A stretch of DNA of 64,000 nt from Acidimicrobiales bacterium (lineage in GTDB: Bacteria; Actinomycetota; Acidimicrobiia; Acidimicrobiales; AC-9), in NCBI GenBank assembly GCA_036270875.1, contig DATBBR010000070.1, positions 5,002 to 69,001 on the forward strand. The letters are read 5' to 3'. Below the pieces are notes generated by a model. The model saw only the letters and a list, made by a program, of their open reading frames with translations, did no database searches and had not been told where the DNA came from. Below are positions 43,653 through 52,249 of this stretch, piece by piece. Position numbers and translations under genes: made by a program. Numbering within the stretch: the stretch's first letter is position 1; every line of letters begins with the position of its first letter.

Positions 43653-45263
43653 GTGACGAGCCGCTCCGTCGAAGCACCCCCGGAGCACCCCGAGCCGGTC
43701 GTTCCGAGCGAGCGCGCGCCGGGCCGCCTGTCCCGCCCCACCATGTGGCTGGGACTGGCCGCAGCCGCAGTGCTGGTCGCCGCCATCGTGCTGCGCTTCT
43801 GGGCCCGGTCGCCACTGTGGTTGGACGAGGCGAACACCGTCGGCATCGCCGGGCTTCCGTTCTCCCGCATCCCCGACGCCCTCCGCCACGACGGGGCACC
43901 CCCGCTGTACTACCTGCTCCTTCACGGGTGGATCCGGCTGTTCGGCACCAGCGATCTGGCCGTGCGGTCGCTGGGCGGCGTGATCGCCGTCGCCGCGTTG
44001 CCGTTCATGTGGCTCGCCGGGCGTCGGGTCGGAGGACGGCCGGGGGCGTGGGTCGCCCTGCTGCTCCTGGCCAGCTCGCCGTTTGCCGTGCGCTACGCCA
44101 CCGAGGCCCGCATGTACTCGCTGGTCATCCTCCTCGTCGTGTGCGGCTTCCTCGCCCTGTCCCGGGTGCTGGAGCGTCCCCGGCCGAGACCACTCGACCT
44201 CGTCGCCGTGACCGCCCTCACCGCCCTGCTCCTGTACACCCACTACTGGTCGATCTACCTGCTCGTGGTGGTGGTCGCCATCCTCGCCTGGCGCATCCGC
44301 ACCCGGCCCGCGGATCGGACCGCCCCCTTCTGGGCGCTGGGCGCCATCGCCGCCGGGTGCGTCCTGTTCCTGCCTTGGGTGCCGATCTTCCTGTCCCAGC
44401 TCCGGCACACCGGGACACCGTGGGCCGAGCCGGCGAGCTTCAGTGCCATGGTCAACGCCATCGGCGAGTTCGCCGGCGGTAAGTCCAGCGCCGGTCGGGG
44501 CCTCGGGCTGACCTTCTTCGCCCTGACCTTCCTCGCCCTGTTCGGCATGGCTCTGGACGGTCACCGGATAGAGCTCGATCTCCGCACCCGGCGACCGCCC
44601 CGGGCTCTGGCTATCGCCACGGCGGGAACGCTCGCACTGGCCATCGCCGTCGGCCTGGTCTCGAGGAGCGCCTTCCAGGGTCGCTACGCGGCGGTCGTGC
44701 TCCCGATCTTCCTCCTCCTGGCTGTGCTCGGGATGGCGACCCTGGCCGACCGGCGCATCAGGGCAGGGGTGCTCGCCATCGCCGTGGTCCTGGGGCTGGT
44801 CGCCTCGGCCAGCAACGTGACGACCAACCGCACCCAGGCCGGACAGGTGGCCGCGGCGATCAACGCGGCAGCCAAGCCTGGCGATGTGGTCGGTTACTGC
44901 CCCGACCAGCTGGGCCCGTCCGTGAGCCGCCTGCTCCCGAGCAATCTGGTCCAGCTGACCTTCCCGGCGGGCGCAGCGCCGCAGCGGGTGGACTGGTCCG
45001 ACTACTCGGCCAGGAACGCCGCGGGCCAGCCGGCCGCCTTCGCCCGGACCCTCGCCTCCCGGGCTGGTCCCGGCCACACCATCTGGCTGGTGTGGATCAG
45101 CGGCTACAAGACACTCGACTTCAAGTGCGAAACGCTCTCCAGCCAGCTGGCGGGCCTGCGACCAGGTGCGACCCAGGTCGTGAGGCCGGACACCAACGCC
45201 CACGACGACCTCACCGGTGTCTTCGAGCAGCAGGCCCTGTTCCGCTACCCGGCAACCCCCTGA
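43653..45263 (+). CDS. GT-C-fold membrane glycosyltransferase (family 39 / PMT_2-like)
   Basis: SPLWLDEANTVGIA ... DGAPPLYYLLLHGW ... RSLGGVIAVAALPFMWLAGRR is typical of the ArnT/PMT_2 N-terminal region. A C-terminal soluble domain is present. An alternative ATG start is at 43743. Confidence 0.8.
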   Translation: MTSRSVEAPPEHPEPVVPSERAPGRLSRPTMWLGLAAAAVLVAAIVLRFWARSPLWLDEANTVGIAGLPFSRIPDALRHDGAPPLYYLLLHGWIRLFGTSDLAVRSLGGVIAVAALPFMWLAGRRVGGRPGAWVALLLLASSPFAVRYATEARMYSLVILLVVCGFLALSRVLERPRPRPLDLVAVTALTALLLYTHYWSIYLLVVVVAILAWRIRTRPADRTAPFWALGAIAAGCVLFLPWVPIFLSQLRHTGTPWAEPASFSAMVNAIGEFAGGKSSAGRGLGLTFFALTFLALFGMALDGHRIELDLRTRRPPRALAIATAGTLALAIAVGLVSRSAFQGRYAAVVLPIFLLLAVLGMATLADRRIRAGVLAIAVVLGLVASASNVTTNRTQAGQVAAAINAAAKPGDVVGYCPDQLGPSVSRLLPSNLVQLTFPAGAAPQRVDWSDYSARNAAGQPAAFARTLASRAGPGHTIWLVWISGYKTLDFKCETLSSQLAGLRPGATQVVRPDTNAHDDLTGVFEQQALFRYPATP

Positions 45264-45417
45264 GCCTGCGGCCATGCTGCGCCGGGACGGCATCGGACAG
45301 CGCCTGCCGACGACCTCGAGTCGGCCCTCGGGCCGGGCTCGGGCAAGCGTGTCGGGCAGGCTGCGGGTGGCCTGGACGGGAGCTCCGGGCCGCCCGGGCG
45401 GGATCAGGGCCGACGTC

Positions 45418-46503
45418 ATGGCGGCGCTTCCGGGCTGGATCACGGCTCGGCTCATCGTGCTCGGGGCGCTCGCCCTGTCCCACTTCCTGGTGACTCACCT
45501 GCATCCGACGGCGGCGGGCGTGTCCTTCCGGGTCGACCAGGGCCTCCTCGGTTGGGACGCCGGCTTCTACCGCGCTATCGCCTCGCACGGCTACGCCCCC
45601 CTCGGCCACAGCGCAACGCGGTTTTGGCCGCTGGTCCCCCTCGTGGCCCGCTACCTCGCCCTGGGCATCGCCAGCGCCACCGGTGTCACCCTGCTGATCG
45701 TCGCCAACGTCTCGGCGCTGGCCCTCGGCGCCCTGCTGCACCGCCTGGCGCTCGTCGAGACCGGCGACCGCGCCCTCGCCCGGCGGGCGGCCTGGCTGAT
45801 GGCCCTGGTGCCGCCGGCTTTCGTCCTGGTGATGGGGTACGCCGAGGCCACAGCCATCGCCCTGGCGGTGGCCGCCTTCCTCGCTCTCCGCACCCGGCGC
45901 TGGGAATGGGCGGTGGCGGCCGGCCTGGCCGCCGGCCTCGCCCGACCGCTCGGCGTGCTCCTGGTGGTGCCCGCCGCCGTGGAGGCGGCACGGGGCTGGT
46001 CCGCCATCTCGCGACGGGAGGCGGTGGCCCGCGTGGGGGCGGTGGCGGCGCCGGCCGTGGGCGGCGCCATCTTCCTCGGTTGGTCGTGGCTGGCCTACGG
46101 CGATCCGCTGGTCCCGGTGCACGCCCAGCAGGCGGCCGGCCAGCGCGGCGGCTTCGTCGACCCTGTCACCTCCCTCGGCCACGAGGCTCGCCTGTTCATC
46201 CACGGGCACATCGGCAGCGGGCTCCACGACCCCTGGGCGATCGGCCTGGTCCTGCTGCTGGTCGTGTGCCTGCTCCGTTGGCCTGCGTCCTACGGGGCGT
46301 TCGCTGCCGCCACGCTGGTCCTGGCTCTGAGCTCGCGCAACCTCGACTCCCTCGAGCGCTACGCCCTGAGCGCGTTCCCACTGGTCCTGGCGGGCGCAGG
46401 CCTCACGGCCAGCGGCCGCGTGGAGCGAGGCGTGCTCGCCCTCGGCGCCGCGGGGATGGCTGGCTACGCCACCCTCGCCTTTCTCAACGCCTATGTGCCC
46501 TGA
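45418..46503 (+). CDS. GT-C-type mannosyltransferase-family membrane protein (PIG-V/GT76-like, tentative)
   Basis: About 9 TM helices with an early loop LLGWDAGFYRAIASHGY, reminiscent of the W-D-..-Y..IA..GY motif of PIG-V-like mannosyltransferases. The start is uncertain (ATG 45418 chosen). Confidence 0.7.
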   Translation: MAALPGWITARLIVLGALALSHFLVTHLHPTAAGVSFRVDQGLLGWDAGFYRAIASHGYAPLGHSATRFWPLVPLVARYLALGIASATGVTLLIVANVSALALGALLHRLALVETGDRALARRAAWLMALVPPAFVLVMGYAEATAIALAVAAFLALRTRRWEWAVAAGLAAGLARPLGVLLVVPAAVEAARGWSAISRREAVARVGAVAAPAVGGAIFLGWSWLAYGDPLVPVHAQQAAGQRGGFVDPVTSLGHEARLFIHGHIGSGLHDPWAIGLVLLLVVCLLRWPASYGAFAAATLVLALSSRNLDSLERYALSAFPLVLAGAGLTASGRVERGVLALGAAGMAGYATLAFLNAYVP

Positions 46504-46618
46504 GGCCGCTCCACGGATGCCACCGCCCTCGTCTCCGTCGCGGGCGGACGGGGACGGTATCGTGGAATGTCCCGTCCCGGCGCTGCCCAGTGTGGGCACG
46601 CGGCCCACTAAGGAGAAC

Positions 46619-48208
46619 ATGGAGCCCTCCTCAGAGGCGACTGCAGATCCTCGCGAAACCGCACCCTCTGGGCGCACCCAGGACGGATCCGATCGACCCG
46701 CAACGGCGAGGGACTTGGAGGCGGTCATCATCGGCGCCGGCCCGGCAGGGCTCACCGCCGCGTACCAGCTGGCCAAGTCGGGGAGGACGTCCACGGTGCT
46801 GGAAGCCGACTCCGTCGTCGGCGGCATCAGCAGGACCACCGAGCGCGACGGCTGGCGCTTCGACATGGGCGGTCACCGGTTCTTCACCAAGGTGCCGGCG
46901 GTCGAGCGGCTCTGGCACGAGATCCTCCCCGAGGGCGACTTCCTCCTCCGCCCCCGCAAGAGCCGCATCTTCTACGGCGGCAGGTACTTCGACTACCCGA
47001 TCCGCGGCGGCAACGCCCTGCGCAACCTCGGTCCCGTCGAGGCGGTTCGCTGCGTCGGCTCCTACGCGCGGGCCCGGGTGCGCCCGCCCAAGGACCAGGA
47101 CAACTACGAGGGCTGGCTGGTCGCCCGTTTCGGATGGCGGCTCTACCGGACGTTCTTCAAGACCTACACCGAGAAGGTCTGGGGCATCCCGGTGAGCCAG
47201 ATGCCGGCGGACTGGGCGGCGCAGCGGGTCAAGGGTCTGTCGCTGGGCAAAGCGATCGTGAACTCCCTCACGCCCAAGCGCAACCAGAAGGACATCACGT
47301 CGCTCATCGAGGAGTTCCAGTACCCGAAGTTCGGGCCGGGAATGATGTGGGAGGCCTGTCGCGAGAAGGTCGAGGCCCAGGGCTCGAAGGTCGTCTTCGA
47401 GACCAAGGTGACGCGCATCGGTCGTCGCGACAATCGCGCCGTCGAAGTGGAAGCGACGACGACCGGGGGTGGGACCACGACCTACCCCGTCAGCGAGGTC
47501 ATCTCGTCCATGCCGTTCGGCGCCCTTGTCGAGGCGATGGACCCACCCGCTCCCGACGAGGTCCGTCGGGCCGCGGCCGGGCTCATCTACCGGGACTTCC
47601 TCACTGTCGCCCTGGTCGTGCCGGCCGACCGGGTGGCCTGGGACGACAACTGGATCTACATCCACGCTCCCGACGTGAGAACGATGCGGATCCAGAACTT
47701 CGGCTCCTGGTCGCCCTACCTCGTCAAGGGCGGCCGCAACGTCCTGGGTCTCGAGTACACGGTGTTCGAGGGCGACCACTCGTGGACCGCGAGCGATGAG
47801 GAGCTGATCGAACGGGGCAAGCAGGAGCTCGAGCAGCTCGGGCTCATGAAGGCCGCCGATGTGGAGGCCGGCTACGTGGTGCGGATGCCCAAGGCGTACC
47901 CCATCTACGACGAGCATTACCGGGACAACGTGGAGGTACTGCGCGCCTGGCTGGAGGCCAACGTGGTCAACGTCTATCCCGTCGGTCGCAACGGCATGCA
48001 CCGGTACAACAACCAGGACCACTCCATGTACACGGCGATGCTCACCGTCGAGAACATCCTCGGTGCCAGCAACGACATCTGGAGCGTCAACGTCGAGGCC
48101 GACTACCACGAGGAGAAGGCTTCGGACCGGCCCGGTCAGGGTCGGTCGGGAACGGGCCGAGACGCCCCGGTGCTCCCCCGCGAGGCGATCCAGGGCGCCC
48201 GCCGGTAG
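46619..48208 (+). CDS. NAD(P)/FAD-dependent oxidoreductase (amine-oxidase / UDP-galactopyranose-mutase-like fold)
   Basis: Dinucleotide motif VIIGAGPAGLTAAYQL ... EADSVVGG. Conserved YPKFGPGMMWE and GRNGMHRYNNQDHS. AAGGAG lies 5 nt upstream of the ATG at 46619. Confidence 0.85.
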   Translation: MEPSSEATADPRETAPSGRTQDGSDRPATARDLEAVIIGAGPAGLTAAYQLAKSGRTSTVLEADSVVGGISRTTERDGWRFDMGGHRFFTKVPAVERLWHEILPEGDFLLRPRKSRIFYGGRYFDYPIRGGNALRNLGPVEAVRCVGSYARARVRPPKDQDNYEGWLVARFGWRLYRTFFKTYTEKVWGIPVSQMPADWAAQRVKGLSLGKAIVNSLTPKRNQKDITSLIEEFQYPKFGPGMMWEACREKVEAQGSKVVFETKVTRIGRRDNRAVEVEATTTGGGTTTYPVSEVISSMPFGALVEAMDPPAPDEVRRAAAGLIYRDFLTVALVVPADRVAWDDNWIYIHAPDVRTMRIQNFGSWSPYLVKGGRNVLGLEYTVFEGDHSWTASDEELIERGKQELEQLGLMKAADVEAGYVVRMPKAYPIYDEHYRDNVEVLRAWLEANVVNVYPVGRNGMHRYNNQDHSMYTAMLTVENILGASNDIWSVNVEADYHEEKASDRPGQGRSGTGRDAPVLPREAIQGARR

Positions 48209-48343
48209 CAGCGGGGGGCGACCGTCTCCACATCAGTTCCGCCGGTAACGCCCTCGGCCGCGCCGGCCTCCGAGGCCGGCTCGACAACACCTCCGGGCCG
48301 GGAGGACCGCCCGAAGTCACGGCTGGCCCGCAGGCAGTGGCTG

Positions 48344-49852
48344 GTGTCCTTCGCGCTGCTCTTCGTGATGGGCGCATCGTGGGCCGTGGCCAGCCCCTTG
48401 CTCAGCGGGTCCGACGAGGGAGCCCACGCCATCAAGGCCGCGGCCGTCGTCAGGGGCGAACTGCGGGGGGCGAACACCGGACCGCGTGGTCGACCTTGGC
48501 TGGTGCACGTCCCGGCACCGTTCGCCGGCGCCCAGGTCCCCTCCACCCTGTGCTACCTCTTCCGCTCCGGCGCGGCCGGCAGCTGCGGGTTCTCAATCGG
48601 CGGGCCGACATCGCTCGAGCAGGTCAACACGCAGTTCGGCGGCTATCCGCCGCTGTACTACCTGGCGGTCGGGCTGCCGAGCCTGGCCGCGCCGTCGGCG
48701 CTGGGGCTCTACCTGATGCGCCTGGTCAGCGTGGCCATCACGTCTGCGTTCCTGGCCTCGGCCCTTGTCTCGGCCTTCTCCTGGCGCAGGTCACGGATGT
48801 TGGTCCTGGGCACGGGAGTCGCGATCGTGCCCGCCGTGATCTACATCGGCGCCGTGATCAACGACAGCGGTCTCGAGATCAGCCCGGCCATCTGTCTGTG
48901 GGTGTCCCTGTTGGTCTTCATCCTCGACCCGCCGCCCGACGGTGGCGGGCGACTCCTCACCCGAGCCGGCGTCTCGGCCGGCGCCCTCGTGTTGGCCCGC
49001 CCGCTCTCGCCAGTGTGGCTCGTCGTGATCGTCTGCACTGTGCTCGCCCTGATGAGCCGGGAGCGCCTGGCTGCCGTGCTGAGACGCCGCGACGTCCAGG
49101 TGTGGGCGGCGATCGTGGCGGTGTGCACGGGCCTTGCCGTCGTGTGGACCACCTCGGTCGGCGTCGCCGTGGTCGGCCGCCCCTGCCCCTCGAGATGCAC
49201 GTCTGCGTTCGTAACCGGGTACGTGCTCAGCCACACTGACACCTACATCCGCCAAATGACGGGACTGTTCAGCTACAACAACGTGGCCGCCCCCCTGTTC
49301 ACCTTCGTGCTGTGGTGGACCCTTGCCGCGGCGCTCGCCGTCATAGCGCTCATCGTCGGCCGGCGCCGGGACGCGCTCGTCCTCGTCGGTCTGACGGCGG
49401 CGACGATCTTCCTGCCGGTCGTCATCCAGCTCGGGGAGGCCGCCAACTACGGAATACTGTGGCAGGGCCGCTATTCCCTGCCCTTGGCGACCGGGATTCC
49501 TCTCCTCGCCGCATTCATCATCGGGCGGCGGTCACCCGGTCTCGAGCTACGGCAGCGGCGGTTGGCAACGACCGCCATCGCCGCCATCGCCGTGGGCCAC
49601 GCCGGCGCCTTCATCTGGAGCCTTCGCCACTTCATGTGGGGTCAAGGACAGTGGAGCTTCCTGCATTCTCAGTGGGAGCCGCCGGTACCGGGCATCGTGC
49701 TCGTCATCGCCTTCGTGGCCGTGGCCTCCAGCTACGCGTGGTGGTTGCGCGCCCACCTTGTGCTCGGTGGCGCGCCATCAGCCCCGTCAGTTGCCGGTGC
49801 TCGAGGCGGTCGCACCCGAGGCGACCGGCAGGCGGGGTCGCAGTCGGGATAG
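48344..49852 (+). CDS. DUF2142-like polytopic membrane protein (GT-C-like candidate)
   Basis: The early periplasmic-loop motif SGSDEGAHAIKAAAV resembles the P-DE..H..RA motif of DUF2142. About 11 TM helices. The first canonical start in frame is the GTG at 48344. Confidence 0.75.
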   Translation: MSFALLFVMGASWAVASPLLSGSDEGAHAIKAAAVVRGELRGANTGPRGRPWLVHVPAPFAGAQVPSTLCYLFRSGAAGSCGFSIGGPTSLEQVNTQFGGYPPLYYLAVGLPSLAAPSALGLYLMRLVSVAITSAFLASALVSAFSWRRSRMLVLGTGVAIVPAVIYIGAVINDSGLEISPAICLWVSLLVFILDPPPDGGGRLLTRAGVSAGALVLARPLSPVWLVVIVCTVLALMSRERLAAVLRRRDVQVWAAIVAVCTGLAVVWTTSVGVAVVGRPCPSRCTSAFVTGYVLSHTDTYIRQMTGLFSYNNVAAPLFTFVLWWTLAAALAVIALIVGRRRDALVLVGLTAATIFLPVVIQLGEAANYGILWQGRYSLPLATGIPLLAAFIIGRRSPGLELRQRRLATTAIAAIAVGHAGAFIWSLRHFMWGQGQWSFLHSQWEPPVPGIVLVIAFVAVASSYAWWLRAHLVLGGAPSAPSVAGARGGRTRGDRQAGSQSG

Positions 49853-52231
49853 CCGCCGGCCCTCGCCTGGGCCCTCACCGCCGCCGTCGACCGGCGCCAG
49901 ATCGGACTCGGGCCACCGGCCCACGACGACGTGAGCCAGGGCGACGAGATAGCAGGCGAGCGCGAGCAGCGTCGTGACCGCGTAGCCCCAGTTGATCGCC
50001 ACGAAGACGCCCAGAGCCGACCCCAGCACGGAGGTGATGCCGTTGATGCCCCACGCCCACGCCACGCCGGCGGGATGGAGCGCGCTCAGGCGGCGGAGGC
50101 CGATCGGCATGGCCATGCCGAGGACCACGCCGACCGGCGCGAGAAGGGCGATGGTCACGACGACCCGGGCCGAGAAGGGAATCGTGATGAGGTGACGGAG
50201 CAGGGGCTGGAGCAGGTAGGCGCTCAGACCGATCAGCCCACACGTCAGGCCAAGGGCGATGGCCAGCGCCCGGCGCGGTGAGCGCCATCGGCTGGACAGG
50301 AGCGCGCCGAGGCCGGTGAAGATCAGCAAGGAGAAGAGCACGACCGACAGGGCGTACGTCGGGAAGCCGAGGAACAGCACGAAGCGCTGGATCAGGGCGA
50401 TCTCGAGGGTGAGGAAGCCGAGACCGATCGCAGCGAAGTACAGCAGCGACGATTGGGGCGGTCGGTCCCTGCCCCGCGTCAGGCCCAATGGCAGGCCGAA
50501 GGCCAGCAACGTCAGCAGGACGAGGATCCCGACGGTGACACCAAGCAGAAGGAACGGATCGATGGTGTAGCTGTAGCCGGCCGGCATCGGCTTGGCGATG
50601 TCGGTCAGGCGCTTCATGTTGAAGAAGAACGGCTTGTCGTCGGTTGGTGCGCACACGTCGAGGCGATAGCTGCCGCAGAAGGCCTGCAGGCTGCTCGACT
50701 GGTGAAGGCCAACCCACTCTCGCTCGTAGGGCCCGCTGGGAGCGAACGCGATGGTGTCGCCGCGCTGGGCCGCCAGGGTCCGGATCTGGGCCAGCTGGGC
50801 CGGGCTGAACGGCTGGAGTTGCGACAGGACCGTCCCCGGGATGCCGCCGAACTGGTCGTGACCGAGGATCACGACCACGTTGTTCTCCGGGTGGGGGATC
50901 CCTCGTTGCTGGAGCGACTGGAGGGTGAGAACCGTCACCTTCAGCGCCTCGTCGCCGACGAGGTGATAGGGCCGGGTGACGTTGAGCATGCCGCCGGGCG
51001 CGAGATGGTCGTAGTACTCCTCGAACGCCTCGACGGTGTACAGGTTGTTCTCGGAGAGAGCGAAGGCGTCCGCCGAGCTCCCGCTGAGCGTGTCGGTGAA
51101 GCCGATGTGGATCTTGTCGTACCTGGTGCTCTGGGCGGCCAGTATGGCGCGGCCGTCGCCGATCACCGTGTGGACCGCTGGCAGCGAGTAGGGAGCCCCC
51201 GAGAACGATCCGAGGGATCGGTCGACGACGTCGCGGATGGCGCTGTTGAGCTCGATGACGTCGACACGCCGAGCGCCGGACGACAGGGCGTCGTAGATGT
51301 CGCGCCCCCCTCCCCCGCCGATGACCAGGACATGACCGTTGGGCGGCGTGGTCAATCCGACACTCTGCGAGCTGGTCAGTAGCTGCTGGTAGTCGGGGTA
51401 GGGCTGGCCGGGGTGGTACTGGGGGACGGGCGCGTAGACGCGGTCGTAGAACAGGTACCCGAAGGCGGCGGCGGCGGTGGGTGCATACCCGATCACCCGG
51501 TTGAGCGGGCTCCACTCGACGGCCGCCGGCTTGACGTTCGGAAAGTAGGGAGACGCCAGGCTGTTGAGTCCCGTTGTCGCCGAGATCGCCACCACGGCAC
51601 AGCCGCCGGCGGTGATGCCGGCCGCCACTCTCCTCGACGGGAGGTAGGAACCAGCGAAGAGGACCGCCGCTACGGCGGCGAGCGCGCCCAGGGCCACCAT
51701 CCCGGTCGGGGCGGAGACGATCCACATGACCGGCACGATCGCCAGCGCCCCGATCCCCGCCCCGGCCAGGTCGAAGGCGTAGAGGCGGCCGATCGAGGCC
51801 GTGTAGCCCCGGATGGCCAGCGTGATCGCCACGCCTGCGCACAGAAACGGCAGCAGCGCCAGCACGCACGCCAGCCCGAAGTTGAGCACGAACTTCAGCG
51901 TGATCGAGTTGTTGTAGCTGTAGTTCAGACGGACCAGCAGCGACGGCGTGACGATGAGGAGCACGGCGAACAGCGCCGTCCATCGGGCCAGCGACTGCTC
52001 GAGCGGCCGCCGGTCGAACAAGCGCGGCCACAGGTAGATGGCGATCCCCCCGGCGCCGGTCCCGAGCAGGGCGAGGGAGATGGCCAGGAAGGTGAAGTGG
52101 TAGAAGAGGACCGCCGAGAACATCCGGGTCAGGAGCACCTGCTGGGCCAGGGCACACCCGGCGACGAGGCCGACGCCGATGAGGACGCGGAAGGGCGGCC
52201 GGCTGTCCATCGCTGGCCGATGGTAGCCCAT
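49787..52231 (-). CDS. membrane-embedded spermidine-synthase-like (class I SAM/dcSAM-fold) protein: TM bundle - SpeE-like domain - TM bundle
   Basis: About 7 TM helices, then a soluble domain of about 300 aa (HVLVIGGGGGRDIYDALSSGARRVDVIELNSAI ... TVIGDGRAIL ... YDKIHIGFTDTLSGSS ... LYTVEAFEEYYDHLAPGGMLNV), then about 6 more TM helices. GAGGAG lies upstream of the ATG at 52231. Confidence 0.85.
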   Translation of the reverse strand: MGYHRPAMDSRPPFRVLIGVGLVAGCALAQQVLLTRMFSAVLFYHFTFLAISLALLGTGAGGIAIYLWPRLFDRRPLEQSLARWTALFAVLLIVTPSLLVRLNYSYNNSITLKFVLNFGLACVLALLPFLCAGVAITLAIRGYTASIGRLYAFDLAGAGIGALAIVPVMWIVSAPTGMVALGALAAVAAVLFAGSYLPSRRVAAGITAGGCAVVAISATTGLNSLASPYFPNVKPAAVEWSPLNRVIGYAPTAAAAFGYLFYDRVYAPVPQYHPGQPYPDYQQLLTSSQSVGLTTPPNGHVLVIGGGGGRDIYDALSSGARRVDVIELNSAIRDVVDRSLGSFSGAPYSLPAVHTVIGDGRAILAAQSTRYDKIHIGFTDTLSGSSADAFALSENNLYTVEAFEEYYDHLAPGGMLNVTRPYHLVGDEALKVTVLTLQSLQQRGIPHPENNVVVILGHDQFGGIPGTVLSQLQPFSPAQLAQIRTLAAQRGDTIAFAPSGPYEREWVGLHQSSSLQAFCGSYRLDVCAPTDDKPFFFNMKRLTDIAKPMPAGYSYTIDPFLLLGVTVGILVLLTLLAFGLPLGLTRGRDRPPQSSLLYFAAIGLGFLTLEIALIQRFVLFLGFPTYALSVVLFSLLIFTGLGALLSSRWRSPRRALAIALGLTCGLIGLSAYLLQPLLRHLITIPFSARVVVTIALLAPVGVVLGMAMPIGLRRLSALHPAGVAWAWGINGITSVLGSALGVFVAINWGYAVTTLLALACYLVALAHVVVGRWPESDLAPVDGGGEGPGEGRRLSRLRPRLPVASGATASSTGN

Positions 52232-52249
52232 CGTCTCCTCAGGCCTTCG

